DNA of 63,118 bases, filler included, from Choristocarpus tenellus KU-1152 (lineage: Eukaryota > Protista > Phaeophyceae), in NCBI GenBank assembly GCA_964200185.2. It is 6 parts of 6 records of this genome, joined end to end, with 100 filler letters (N's around TTAATTAATTAA, not from the genome) between each part and the next. Parts side by side here need not be neighbours in the genome. Positions count along the whole stretch, not along the records: positions 28,861 to 56,507 come from CAXNAD020000142.1; 5 more parts are not named here. The stretch is one strand, 5' to 3'. A program made the position numbers and the translations under genes. Under the pieces are notes generated by a model, which saw only the letters and a list, made by a program, of their open reading frames with translations, was not told where the DNA came from and searched no databases. Positions 38,952 through 53,500 of the stretch are shown here, in pieces (the first letter of the stretch is position 1; every line of letters starts with the position of its first letter).

Positions 38952-41515
38952 TGATATTTTTTATATATTTTTATATCGAGTATTTTATGGTGGCAAGGAA
39001 GCTTACCATTGTTGTTTATTCTTGATGCTACTTCAAGATCGCGTCTTAGCCCTGTGTTGCTTGTTGTGTCTCATGTTGGTTGCATTGGATATAGTAGCTT
39101 AAATTGGATTGTTGATGAGATGCAGACTTCATACTCTTGAGTGCTTGTGAAGGAAGCGTAGCATTTATGCCTCCCCGAGTATAGTCTTGCAAGAGACCAA
39201 TTGCATTTATTTTACTTCAAAGTAGTTTATTTGTAGAGGCACACCGAAGATATGTGTACAAATTCTGTGCATGATCAACCAAACAGAAAGAGAGAACTGT
39301 TCTCTTGACAACTGGTACATACAGTAGGAATAGAAACCTGTGGTTGGTTAGGATGTGATTAACAGGGGATGGTTGTTGTGGCATGTTTTGATGGGCAGAA
39401 TTGAACGAGGTGATCAGTCTAACCCTAACCCTACTCCTCTTCATTTCACAATAAAATAGTTGGAGTAATACATATTAATCATTTAAGGGTGCAGTACGAA
39501 GATATCCCCCCCTCCCCCCCCCTGCTTGAAGTTTGTTTGAGATCGTAGTCTGATTGCTCGTGACCAGCATCACAGGTGGAGTGTTTTTGGTTGTATGAAC
39601 CAGAGGCTGTCGTGTGTGTTAACCTGTGCTTATCCGCAAAAGATATATTGTCGTAGATTCAATCTATGAATCTTGTTTCAACCTCTGCTCTGATGGTTAC
39701 GTGCAAGTGCAAGGTCAGCAGCAAAGAGCAATTCCTATGCTGTAGTGTAAGCTTGACTACTGTGTGCAGCATGGATTGATGCACCCCAGTAACAAATCAT
39801 TGTCAGATTTTATTTGTAAAACTAGTAATATGCAAGAAGTATTCTCATGTTTGCTATTGCTAAGTCTAATTTGGAACATTCTCTGTTTAGCCAGTAACTC
39901 CATTGTGAATCAAGCACAATAACTGAGCCTCCTCCACTCTAGGTCAAGGTGAGGCCAAGGGGTATTATGATTGCATGCCCCATCTCTCTATGTTGGATAG
40001 GTTTGGCCAATGGTATCCTAGAGGGTGGGAGGATTTGGACCAGGTCCTCCATTTGGGACTTGATGGACTGTTGTAAAACACCCTACTTTGATGCCCATTT
40101 TGTGGGTAATTGTTTTTAGAATTTGGTACATGGGGTGTGTGTGGAGAAGGAAGGTGTGTCCTGATGAAGGAAACTACCCTTATATCTGACGCGTTCACTC
40201 AAATGTAAATGAAATGATAATCACTTCAGGATCAGAAAATCCCTGAATGAATGCTTGACCCCCCTCTAGGATACTATGGACCTCTTCTATCCTTTTGTTC
40301 CCATTTCTGACCTGTCAAGAGTCTGTCAACAAGTGAACTAAAACAGCAATGAAATGACTTGTCCAAAAGGTGCAGATTATGAATGTACCATCAATAGAAT
40401 GTAATGACCCCTGTGGTTAGAAAATCAGTGCAGAAAGTTTGATTGTTTCATCCAAAAATTTGAGGGAACATGGGAGTACATGACATACAGAGGAGGGACT
40501 AGAGTAGGTCAACTACTGTCAACATGCATGTAAGGTAGGGTCTATATGATACAGAGTTAAATGTCAGACACCCATGTAGTCACTAAATATATATATATAT
40601 ATATACATATTTCTCCTGTGAAAAATATCCATCTCTGAAGTTGGTTGAAGTAGGAAGTGCATTAGGAATTAAGACCGTATCCTGGAATATGGTGGGCCTA
40701 CATAAGCTCCTGTTTGGTACGGATGATGTGTATTCGTGCTTCAATACTGGGAAACGTATACCAAGTGCACAGAGTCGCCTACAATCCTGTCCTGGGGTCT
40801 TCTTTCTGACTTCTGACATGCTTTTGGATTATCCTGAGGAGCACAACATCATACTATCCACAACCTACAACATGAGGAATAGTGCCTTGTAATGTCCTGG
40901 TCTCAGACTTCACTGCCATTTATGTACACAATAAAAGGAAAATGAGGTAGCAATACATATTTTGTTCAGACCTACCAGAATCCCAAATCCTTGATTTCTT
41001 CAGGTAGACATCTTGCTGACATAATTCTTCCAGGTACTATTTATAGTTTGTCCCTCCAGGTTACATGGTATAGTACGAAATTGATACCATTTAACAGTTA
41101 CTTGTATTAGTGTGTCAGACAATACCACCCAGAACATCGACTTGACCTGTTATTGTATTATTATGGCCTTGAAATTTTGTAGATGTCAGGGAAAGAGCCA
41201 AACCTGTATCGCAAGGACACCTATAAAAATAGCACTTGTACTTGATGCATGTACAGTAGTAGAGTAGGAGTAAGAACTATTTAATATTAATATTGTACAG
41301 TATTTGTACATAAATAAATGAGAGGTGTCACCACAAAGATTTCGGTTTCACGTTGTTTCGAGCGTTCTTGTGGCTACTTTGTTGGTACGTGCTGATTTTG
41401 AAGGGTGTTTACTACTACTGTGTGCTGCCGCTTGTTCCCCTCTAGCACTTTCTGGCGAGGGGACCTCGTCTACTGCTCATTCACAACTCCTACTTTCAGT
41501 CAGAGTGGCACCATA

Positions 41516-44500
41516 ATGCTCAATAGGAGGAGCTCAGTTGCAAAAAACCAATTGCTAAACCTTGCTTTCGAGGATGACCAGGCGGAGCCGATCCCCGATG
41601 AACCCAAGGGACTTCCTGCGAACCTCTTCAAGGAGGGGTAAGACATGCGTCGAGTTGGGAACTTTCTCAAATTGATGCTCTTCTGTTACCCCTTATTTAT
41701 TTGAACCGTCTGTAAAGGACCTCTCAACACGAACAAACATCCCCTGCATTGTCAGCATCCGAGAACATGCTGCGATCCTTGGAATGACTTTACCAGAGGA
41801 CGAGCAGTTCCTCTGGGTCGCAGAGGAATCTCTCTTGGCACCTTTGCCGGAAGGTGAGAGTCAGAAAGTTCGCATTTGGCCTCAAAGTATCAGGGGGGGG
41901 GGTGGTGGCTGCCCATTTTTTTATGTCGCGATTTTTGGGCGATTTGGTTGCATCCGTTGGATGGATAACGTAAGTTCACTTCTCCTGGTCAGGGCCCGAA
42001 TGGACACCTTGGTGCAGTCCCCTCCCCTCCCCCCAGATACTTTGAGCGTTGTTGCCTAGTCAAACCACTAGAATTTAGAATAGAGACTGGGTAACCCCTT
42101 GTGTCATATTGTATAGGTGGCTTGCATACATAGCAACTTGGGTACTATAAACTGTGAAAGAAATAAAGAAAACATACAGAAAACCATGAGAAATCATAGG
42201 GCAAGTGCGTGTCGATTTCCACCCTTTGGAATCTTTGTCTACTATCTCATCGTCACTATTATACGCAGGGTGGGTTCAGCTTCGGGAGGAGGATTCAGGA
42301 CATCCATACTACTACAACGAGGTGCGATGTATGAAAAATGAGTTTGTCATTAGGATCCTGCCACGAGTACCTGCTTACTCCTTTTGATTTCATGCACGGT
42401 ATTAACCACTAGTATGGCAAGAACAGGAGACACAGTGGTGCGGTGTATTTCAATTGAACACATTATGACACGAGGGGGAAATACACTGAATGGAAGGTCG
42501 ATCTAGCTCTCAACAACATTGAACAATATTCCTTGAGATGTGGACTCCAACAAGGAGGTTTCATCAGGTCTGAAAGTAAGGGTTGGAGTCACATTGTCTG
42601 TACAACAATGTATGAATTTTTGTCGCTCTCAATGGTGTAGAGGTGTTGAGTTGTGAAAATAATTGCAGTGTGTTACGGAGAGTGTGATCAATGTAAGCAT
42701 GTTATATTTCAGAGCTTGTAATGACTGTTCACTAAAGGGAAATCGAAAATGGTCAAACTCTCGAAGACCCTAAAAAACACATATTTTTCCAAAATTGTCA
42801 GTAGACCTAGCCATAGAGCACATCAAGCATTCTTCATATGCTTCATTTGACACATATCACTTTCTTCAATCTAGTTCTCTTGGAAGGATCAGGAGAGAAA
42901 CTCAAACATTAAAAAGAATAATCCCAACAAGGCAGCAACTGCCAGAGTGTTTGCAAAAGAGAACCTGAAGTGTAGCACATATAGTGTTGGTTTTAGATCG
43001 AGTTTTGTTTAGGTGGTAATGGTGTTCTGGGTAGCTAGATACACCTACAGTAGGTGGCGTTTATTCTACTGCCACTATGTAGTACATTGTATATATACTC
43101 TGAGAATATACTTGTCCAAGTATCCTGAAGTAGTTCAGTGCATCTCAGATTTTAGGGAAACACACATGGGCATAACTGGTGGAGACTCTTTCAATCTTGA
43201 CAAGTGCCAAAGATGATGCAAAAACATTTACTCAAAAGTATTGTATGGTATCAAAGCGGTGCTTGAGCTCTAATACTGTACCTCTCTATTTCCTTCCTTT
43301 GCTGTCTATGGTGCAGGCATCTGGTACCAGTCGCTGGGAACACCCAAGGGATGATTTCTACAGGGATCTTTATCATCACAAGAAGGCAGGTTTGCATATC
43401 ACACAAATATGTATGGCTAGTCGAAGTGACCTTTTAAACTCAGAATATTTTCACTGGAAATCTGACTAATATTGATATCTGTTACCTACTCTTGTAGGCG
43501 GAAGTACATCGATCCTCTTCCACTATGTCCATGCCCATGCCGCCTGAGCCTCCTGTACTTGAGGCTAGTACACCTGCACCAAAAACAACAGCATGGGGGG
43601 AGGAGGACCCAAGGTGCTCACACCTATGCTGTAGTGTTGCACTTACCAATCAAGACAAGTGGGAAAAATAGGACAAGAAGGACTGACAGGGAGGGGAACA
43701 TCAGAACATTTCGGCAGTGATCGACTTGTTGCACTGTATGCATGCTATCCCCTTGTCAGCTCAGTTGACTCTCACTCCCACCTTTGCCTCCTCTTGCCTC
43801 CCCTGAGAAACAAGATCAGCAGAAGATAAAGAAAATCAAGAAGGTGCTCCTCCTGTTGGGGAAAGTGACATGGAATGCCAGAGGTAAGCACGCATTCAGC
43901 TCTCTCGCTCTCTCGCTCTCTCTCCCTCCCTCCCTCCCTCCCTCTCTTTCTTGGTGCGCTTGTTGCTGTACAGTTCTACTAGTATTTTAATATATTTCAA
44001 TATCATTCAATATCATTCAAATACTGATTCAATTGAAAGGACAACAGCAGTTACCAAGACAAATGCCCGTGTGTGATTGAGCATCCCTTTTGCAGGTTGA
44101 AACACACAAGCACAAAAGAGTTGGAGCGTCTGAGAAAACAAGTTGAACGCCAAAGGGCATCAAAAGAAGTTATGCTGACCAAGCATGAGCAGATTACATG
44201 CACATTGGAGCAGGCAAAGGAGGTAACTCAGCCTCCATATCTACTTGTACATTGGGCCTATCATGTGCTGTGTGCTAAACATACAAAGACCAGATCAATG
44301 AAGTTCAACAATGGGTATGTTTACTTTAGTTGGTTTCTTATTCTAAACGTAGGATCTAGAGGAAAAATTGGAGGCAGCCTTGGATCAACTACGGGAGGAG
44401 CAGTGGCATTCCAGGACTGTGACCTTGGAGAGGGATAAAGCAGAAAAGGCTGCAGAAAAAACTGCACACAAGTTCGAGGAAGTTACAAGCAACCTGGAAC

Positions 44501-47500
44501 GGAAGCTTGAAGAGGAGAAGAAAAACTATGGTGACCATGGAAGTTCCACTCTTGGGTCTTTTGGCGGACTTGTACATTCTACACAATGTTCCAAAGCGTT
44601 GATGGGGTGTTACAGCATTCAAAATGATTCTACGTACTTGAAGGAATTATTTGTTTAGGCAGATCAGACTATTTAGTTGTTTGTGACTGTCAGTGTTGTC
44701 AAAGATTTTGGCACCTCCACATTTATTTTTTGAAAAATTGAATGAAGGATTCAAAACGCCTCCAACGAGTTCGGTACTCACATGCTTCTGGCATGCATCT
44801 CCTTGTGTACAACAACAGCGTGTGAGATGTGTTATTTGGAATACTTGGAGCTAACTCTCTACATGCAACGAGGGTGCAGCCAGATATCGATTCACGCACA
44901 AGATAACACTCCTGTGTAATTGGGTTGTCCCTTTTGTACTGTTATGAGTGACTTGACTCGATTGAGTGATACACAGAATTTTGCACGGAGGAGATGTCCC
45001 TGGCTCCACCACACTATATTAACAGCATCCTTTACGTTAACAAATATTGTTGTGTTCACTGCAGTGTTTGAATAGTGCATGTGGAACCCAAGGCATTTAA
45101 GAGGGTAGGGCCTCATCCGTTTGGGGTCATAAATCCAATGTTGTGATTTTGATGAATTTTGGCTATCGTGTTTGTTATCAAGTGTCAATATCCTTGCTCC
45201 AGACAAACCTTCCATAGTTGTATACAATTTAGGGTTAGGGTTAGTGTTGTAACTGTGTTCACACAGAATACCAAAAAAGGGAATAAAAAAAAAAGTGGGA
45301 AGCCAAGCCCTGAACGGACAAACAGGGCAAAAATCCCTAACCCTCCTAAATGCTTTGAGCCATGGTGCATACAGTGTATATAGTGCACTGTATAGTAGAG
45401 TGCTGTGGAGGTTAGGGTCAGGGTACCTGTCCATCAGATCTCAGTGCTTCTGATATTTGTTTATTTTGATGCACATGCCATTGATTCACAGGAGATCTTG
45501 TGGCAAAGAACGAGGACATGTTGAGAGAAACAGATAGCCTTCGTGTCCAACTAGCAGAGACAGCTGAGGTGAAAAGGGACTATCTGTGAGATCTTTCATG
45601 CTTTCCCACTGCCTGATTACACCCATTGCTTCCCTAAGAAATATTTTTAGGAGTCAACAGCTGGCATCCTTGTTCTCTTGGTTCAGCATCAGTACCAAGT
45701 ACTCACAAGTACTTTCATTGCACGCAGGACACAATAGAACCGAAGGAATAGAGTGAGTTCTGTCAACTTGATTCTTGTTGTTGATGCTATACACCACTTC
45801 AAAGTATTATTTATGCAATGTACCAGTTCTTCCAATTACTTCTCTGTGTTGCAGTGATGGCACAATGACCACATTTGGTCATGGCAGATATTTCTCTATC
45901 ACTGAAATTTTGCTTATTTTTTTGTGTCAATGCCTGTCTGACTTCACTTCACCACTCCACGCACTTTACACTCAGCAACCTTTGCCTGCATTGATCAGAA
46001 ACAACTGCTAGAAGAGAAGGCTCGGGAGCAAACCAAACTAAGGCAAGTATGCTGTGTGTTACGCTGTTAGCATCTATCTCATTAGAACTGACATTAGAAC
46101 TGACTTGTGAAAATACCCATGGTTATCTGTCTTGGGCATTCTTCACCCCCAAAGCAAATATGTAACTTGGTTTGCTATGAATCTTGACTATATGTAACTT
46201 GATATCAACCGCCATCATATGCCTCACATGCTGCATCATGCTCACCCACTAAAGAATGGAGGAGGAGCGCCAAGAGCACCAAGACCTCTGCAAGGAGCGA
46301 GAGGAGTTGCAGCACATAGTGGAACAAGAACGGGCTAAAATTCACTTCCAGGCGAGGCCTCATCACAGCATGCATATATCTGTACATGCTCTGTTTTGTT
46401 GTGCACAAACGCTTGAAGTTTGTTGGCCGGTTGGTGTTGATTCCTGTACAATCTCTTGAGTCTCGGGTGGGTCTCACTTGCAACACTTGCAACATGCAGT
46501 GCACAAGTAGGGACAACTGTTAGGGTTAGGGTTTCACAGTATGCCTGTTGACTTGCTCATGTTGTGGCTACACAAGCCATGACTAAAGTAATCCACTGAC
46601 TGGACCATGACAACATTTGCAGACCCAATAGCACTTATAGTTCTGGTGCTTGTGGCTACTTGGCCACACACAGTAGTATAGTAGAGGTTCTTCAACGTTG
46701 AGTTACTTGATTCAATACTGCTACACATTTAGCTGTAGAGATCAATACCACGTTGATATTATTGTACTTGTGATAATCTGATAACCAAAATACAATAGGC
46801 TTTTATTGCAAGAAAGAAGTGTCCTTAAACAAGGAACCGAGTATTTTCAACACTCTTCCATGCTTTCTACACATCCAGCAGAACAAACTCTGCACACAAT
46901 ACTCATGTACAGGTGCAAGAGAGGGTGCGTGACCAAACAAAACACTTTCAGCAAGCCCAGGATATTCTTCGCCAGGAGGTTGAAATGTTCAAGTGCGTGT
47001 AACAGCAATGTGTTGGCTATGTATGGTCAGTCTAAAATTTATAGTACAATACTTTGTATCCAACTACTTGCACTGGAACAAGCGCCTCACCATTATAAGG
47101 GATTCAGTGTTTGTCCATCTGAAAAAATATTACACTGAGCCATCTCAATTATCCCTTGTGTTTCAGTCACCACTATTCATCCCAAATATTGTTTAGGTTG
47201 TAACCTGTCCGATGTATTGGCAATTATTCCGTTTGTGGCATGTAGCAATCAATTAATGTCTCTGATTTTGAAATACTCTGGAATAATAATACCTACACAA
47301 GATCTTTAACCAGCATAGCATTGAGGAGATGTCCCTATCTGCCTAAGTGTGATAGGCTGAGGGTCAAAGGGCTTTTACTGTATTTAAGACATGACCATTC
47401 AATGGCAGGCAAGCCTTTGAATTTTTCAAAGTGCACAAAATCATCTTTACTGGGGGCGTCTACTCATGGTTTGGTTAAACGGTGCTATCTTCTTTTAATG

Positions 47501-50500
47501 TATATACTCATAATGCTGTACATTACTTGAACAACATACAAAACTTCTTCCAAAGGAGAAAAGAAATGTGTGCTTGAAAGATAATTATATTTCAGTCCAA
47601 ATATTCATGTCATATGTCAAGTGATCAAAAAGAGTGCTGTGAAATTTGCCAATTTGGGTTGTTATTAATTGTTACGTTATGGTAAAACATTTGACATTGC
47701 GCCATTACTTACCCCTACAAATAATAGAGGTTCCAGATATGTCTTGATAGTAACCATTGGAGTAATAGATATCATAAGCATGGTTTTGCTTTCTGTCACA
47801 TGGACTCTTCAAAACCAGGAATATATAACCACAAATTCTAAAGCAGTGATGCCATACTTCGAAAGTAGAAAACTTCTCTATCCTGATCCCAATTTGAAGT
47901 ATCTGAATGTAAGTCTCTGTATGAGCCAAAGTTTAAAGGCTGCAATGATTGGATAGAGTGGTTCCTCCACCTTTTCTTCTTATATCCAATTGAACAAAAC
48001 AATTGAAACAATTGAAACAATTGACCAGAACTGAGCTGAACAAGTCCCGTGAAGAGACTGTCGTGGCCAATGCCAGATGTGAAGCCATCCAGGCCAAGAG
48101 TGATGCCAGGTGCAGTTGAATTGAGTCTTACAAGGAGCATACAAGAAAACCAATCTTAGTTTCAAACTACTACACAGTAGATGCTTGGCTTTTCGTTAGG
48201 TGTGGCAAAGACATATCTCAGTGTTGTACACTTGCTTACTCAGGCTGAACACTATGTGGAGAGTTGTAGGCATTGTGAAAGCACTTGTGAGCGGATGCTA
48301 TTGATATGATACTGTTGATAGATCTGTTCATGTATATGCTTGGAGTGGGGAAACAACTGTTGTTCAACTTCATCCCTCTATGCATAGATTATCAGGTTCA
48401 CCCCATTGTGTGGACCATAGTGGCAAACAGTCCCATGTAATGCTAGTAGTACTTTGGACTATTAATGAATTCGATTGTTCTTAACTCAAATTGTTGGGTG
48501 ACTGTTGTCTCTGGTCCTTGGATGCTTGCTGCAATACTTTTTTCTGAATTGGTTGTGTTCTTTTTTCCTTGACGTTGAAACAGAAACATATATCACCATC
48601 ATATATCATCATCATATATCATCATCATATATCACCATCATATATCACCATCATATATCATCATCATATATCCCCATCATATATCACCATCATATATCAT
48701 CATCATATATCATCATCATATATCACCATCATATATCATCATCATATATCATCATCATATATCACCATCATATATCACCATCATATGGAGTCCAAGAATA
48801 CTCCTCAGGGAAAGTGATTCAGGTTGAATAGCCTTCATGTGGACAATGACAAATACATGCACGCATATAACCCAGTGCAAGCATCAGTGCAGTAAATGTG
48901 TGTAGCTAATCTGTGTATGTACTACAGTACATTTTATATTATTATTATATTGTACTTAGAAGTACCATGAGTCAAAGTATCTTAGGGTTAGGGTAGATCC
49001 CCGTCCGTTTGGGGGTCGAAGTCCAATGTTGCAATTTTGATGTAATTTTGGCTTTTGTGTTTGTTAGGAAGTGTCCATATCCTTCTTCCGGATATACTTT
49101 TTGATAAAGTATACATTTTGATAAAGTATACATTTTGATAAAGTATACATTTTGATAAAGTATACATTTTGATAAAGTATACATTTTACCTACTACTCCG
49201 AAACATTTTGGAATAGGTAAAAATGTCATAAAAAAACGAGGGGAAGCCAAGCCTCAAATGGACAATCAGGGCAAAACTTGTAGCCTCTAAGATACTTTCA
49301 CTCCATGCACGGTAAAGTGGATATTGGTGGGTACCCTGTAACTGTAGGCTACACAATTTGTTTTGTTTTTACCTTGTAGATGCACCTAATAATCTCCTGA
49401 ATGTTGAAGTATATTTCCACTACAGGCCAGCAAGGCCATACTTGTTGTTCTCCCAGTTGATGTGCTCTATGACATTAGAACCAGCAACATTGACACACTC
49501 AGCTCTGAATTGCACATACTTCAATCACTTCATATATCTCTGACCACAGTGCTATTATAGATTAATGAAAAAATTGCACACTACCAAAGATATTGCTTGA
49601 GGGAAAAAACCCAACAATGATTGAACTTTCTAACTCCATGTTCCGCATGTTACTGATTTGAAGTAGTTCACTGTATGTTGGCAATACGTCCCCCCTTTAG
49701 TACAGTAATATATGTATAACAAGCATAGCGCGCCTTGTGCTCTGTTTGTGTGAGTAAAGCATTACTTCTCCAGGTAACATTGTATTGATTCTTCCCCATG
49801 CCTGACTAGAGCATTGGAGGCAGAGATTGCCAACAGCAAAGTTGGACCAAAAGGAGAAAAGTCCCACCAACAAACATTGGATGAGATCGACGGACTGCAC
49901 AAAGTCCTGTCTGAGGTCAGTGGTTTGTCAGTATTTTGTTCAATTGACATTTAATACAAATGGAGAATTCAAAGCAAAGGCACCTTGATGATTTGAGGAA
50001 GAGAGACCTCTACACCTGCATATTGAATAAATTAATAATTCTTTAACGAGGAAAGAGATCAGGGAATTTGGGTTCTGATGATAGCAATTTACTGACTGAA
50101 GAGTGGGTTGGTTACATGTTGGTTACCTGTCCCCAGTTGAAGGAAATGTGAGATCAAAATCATGCTATGATTGTCTTGGAAATGCAATGCATATAACTAA
50201 TATCTGTTTGCTTTTGAAACGGAAAATAAGCAGACTGAGGCACAGCGTGATGCGCTTATTGCTGACCTCATTGCCAAGAACAAGATCATTGAACATTCGT
50301 CCGGACTGCAGAAGGCATTGGATGAGGTGCGCTAGCTTATGTTGACCCAACTGATTCCTTTACACAGGCCTTGGGAGCTAAACAATAGAGGGCAATACAA
50401 CTGCCCTGCAGCGCTTGGTGCAGATTACTATCACCATACTACCTTAGTCACATATATATATACATATATATTAGTTTTGCGTGTATTGTCAGCTAACCCT

Positions 50501-53500
50501 AGGTCCTGGGACTGTATTATGACATTTGTCTCCCAATCCTGCAGGCACAGTGCGGACTTCGATCTGCCAATGAGCGATTTGATCGAGAATTGCTCCAAAT
50601 AAATGGAGAGATGGCAGATGTCGAAAATGCCCTGGAAGAAAAGATAATTGAGTGCAAGTAAGCCGACAATCTTATTTTCCATTTCTTTGACCAAATATTT
50701 ATTCTTGATTCAATGCATTTTGATCATCTCAAAGTCCAATGCACACATGATCAACTTTTAGTAAAGTAAAGGACCTAACATGTAGATGGAGGCATGATAA
50801 CTCTCCTAATTGCAGGAACAAGATGAAAGAGTGGGGTGTCTCAGGAAAAGGGACTATGGAGACTTAGGATTGCTATATGGAGCAACCCCATGCTCTCAAG
50901 TATTTATGAGCATTGTATAATTCTCAAGCGCAACTTCTGAATGAACAAGTAGAGCAGGATTGAGTCCACACAGTATGATGTATTCAGCCTTAATCCTCCT
51001 GACTATGCCTTCCCTGCACATGGCACTCTTATTTCCTGTAGGGGACTGCACACAAGCATCTCAGAACTGGAGGAATATAAACAAAGAATTGGAGCTACAA
51101 TTACTGCCCATATTAAAGAGGTCAGAGGTTTCTGTTGCTGGTCCTTGTTTAGATTAATAGCACATATATCGGTATCAGAAAAACCACATTGAACTATACA
51201 TGGCACAGGGCAAGAAACAACTCTGTATCTCCAGATAACCTTTGTGCAGGCAGAGCCTCAAGTCATGGTAGAAGGCATGTGAGATGTCCCTAAGTTTGGG
51301 TGTCTTTATGATACCTCATCCACTGCCTCCCTCATTGATAGTTTCCCACTGATCTCCAACAGTCAAGAATATGTGTATTTTTTCATTGTTGCTCACAACC
51401 TTGTTGTGCTTGTTATGCTGACCAGGTACAAAACTTCTCCAAGGAAAAGGTACACCTTGAAGCACAGTTGGCAGAGGCTACAGCTAGAGCAGATCTAACA
51501 GCACAAAGGGTTGCAGATCTGCAACGTCAGGTTGACTTGGCCGATGGATTGGAGAGAGATTTAGTGCGCCTTGGAAGGGAAGCCCAAGATCTGCAGCGTC
51601 AGGCAGATGTTAAGCTGAATGAGATGCAGGTGGGTATGTGCTGTACACAGTTATTTGACCTAGCAGTTTAGTAATGAAGCTACAAAATACTATAGTTGTG
51701 TCACACCAAAATGTAGTTGAAGTGCTGAGCACCAATGCACCTGTAGCTCCATTTGTTCAAATCCATACTCCTTTTTCTAGAGCACCTGAGATTAGTTTGC
51801 TCTACATATTTTATGTTGTGTGTTGTTTAATTATGTTTAGATGATCTTTGAAGTATGCCTTGAAATACGCTCTTTGAGTCTGTCCTTCAAGATTGTTTTC
51901 CTTGCACATTGGACACGAAAAATTGCACAATTTTGCTGTGATTTGAAGAGTGCTGTGGTTTGTGGTTTGAAGAGTTGTGGTTGACTTGCGTTCGGTGCCA
52001 CCTGGCCATATTGTATCCACATCTCCTTGAGTTGTCTGGCAATTCAACAGGTATTCGTTTTGCACTAGATTTCTTGAAGTACATTTCTTTTTGGTGATTG
52101 GTAGCTGGATTGTGCACCCTCTTGATCATCTCGTGTAGCACATGCTGATATATGTATATATGTATATGTATATATGTGATATATGGCGCTGTTATGATCT
52201 ACATTCGGCTATAGTGCTACACTACGTGATTGAGCTAAATTATGTTCACCTGTCTCAAACCTCCATCAGCAAGAGGTTGGTGCTGCAAAAATGCGTGCAG
52301 ATGATGGAGATCGTCTAGCCCAAGAATTAAGGCATCGCTTGGCTGAGGTAGAAGGGCGGGCATCTCAGGAGCAGGTGTGTCCAAATATTGGTGTTAATAG
52401 TATGCATGGGGAATAGATGGTAATATAAGCAACACTTTATTTCTTATTGGTATAGTAAAACACAATGATACGATCTATACATATAATCCAACCTTGCTCT
52501 CAAAGTACACCTAAAGTGGTGAGTGTTACTTCCTGTTCCACTGTTTGGTATGCAATATTCCCCTTTGTTTGGTTGTCACTATACATTTCACATGTCCTGC
52601 CCACATATCCAGGAGACAAGCAGTCGCTTGACCGATCGTGTTGCTTCACTTGAGGCCCAACTAGCTGAAAGTCGAGCTACCATCCTAGCTGCAGAGGTTG
52701 AAAGGGGTCGCTTCAAGGTGGATTTGGACAATGCTGAAAATATCGCAGGCAGGGCCAAGGGGCTTGAGAAAATGCTAGCTCAGGCCCAAGCAAATGGGGT
52801 AAAGCTGAGTGCAGATGTTGATACAGCTTCTCAGACTATCAAGGTATGTTTCAGTAGGCTCGAAGGGGTAACATATTTTCTGTTGGAAGCAAGCCTTCAA
52901 GCTGGTACTGACTTTGTCCCAAAAGAAAAAAAAGAAGCAGAGTCAGCAGTTTTTTCTTACTACTTTATCACATTTCTACTTACAGAGTTTGGCAAGTTAA
53001 AGACATGTTGACACTGCCCAAGCCCCATTGATAACAAGTAGTTTGTTTTTGTTGTAGGCACGCCAGACTCAGTACATAGATGCATACCACTAGCTTTGTA
53101 CTCATGCAGAGTTTGGAGGCCAACATGGAGAGAGAGCGAACAATGTGGGCTCAGACAAGGAGGGACCTTGAAAAACGGGCAGAAGGAGCAGAGAAACTCT
53201 GTCAGAGCCTCAGGGAGCAACAGGCAGGGATGGAAGGGCGCTACCAACAGGTGAGGAATGCCATCTTGTTGACTTCTAGTGGAGATCAATCACCTCCAAC
53301 ATATAATGCAAGTTCTGATAGAAACATATTGGTGACCTTGGATGTGATTGCTCAAGTTCCTGATTTGGTGTTCATAAGTCAAAGTTGGTTTATTTTGTAG
53401 TTTTAGTGGGCAGAAGTTGTTACTGTAGATGGTGTGTCTGCCCCCCTGATTTTGTTTCTATCTACTAACACTACGGTTGTTTGTACTCTTCTCATGTTTG

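Noticed and set aside
40665-40913. Minus-strand frame interrupted mainly by TAG, suggesting readthrough or recoding
   Set aside because: About four stops in about 83 codons is what chance gives, and TAG is used as a normal stop in PAP, MOCS3 and Abitram
44892-45434. 180-aa minus-strand ORF
   Set aside because: Spans MITE B copy 1 inside an intron of the plus-strand gene and has no recognisable motif
48505-48831. His/Ile/Tyr-rich ORFs (IIYHHHISSSY repeats)
   Set aside because: Translation of an intronic tandem repeat; the flanking real exons join in phase without it
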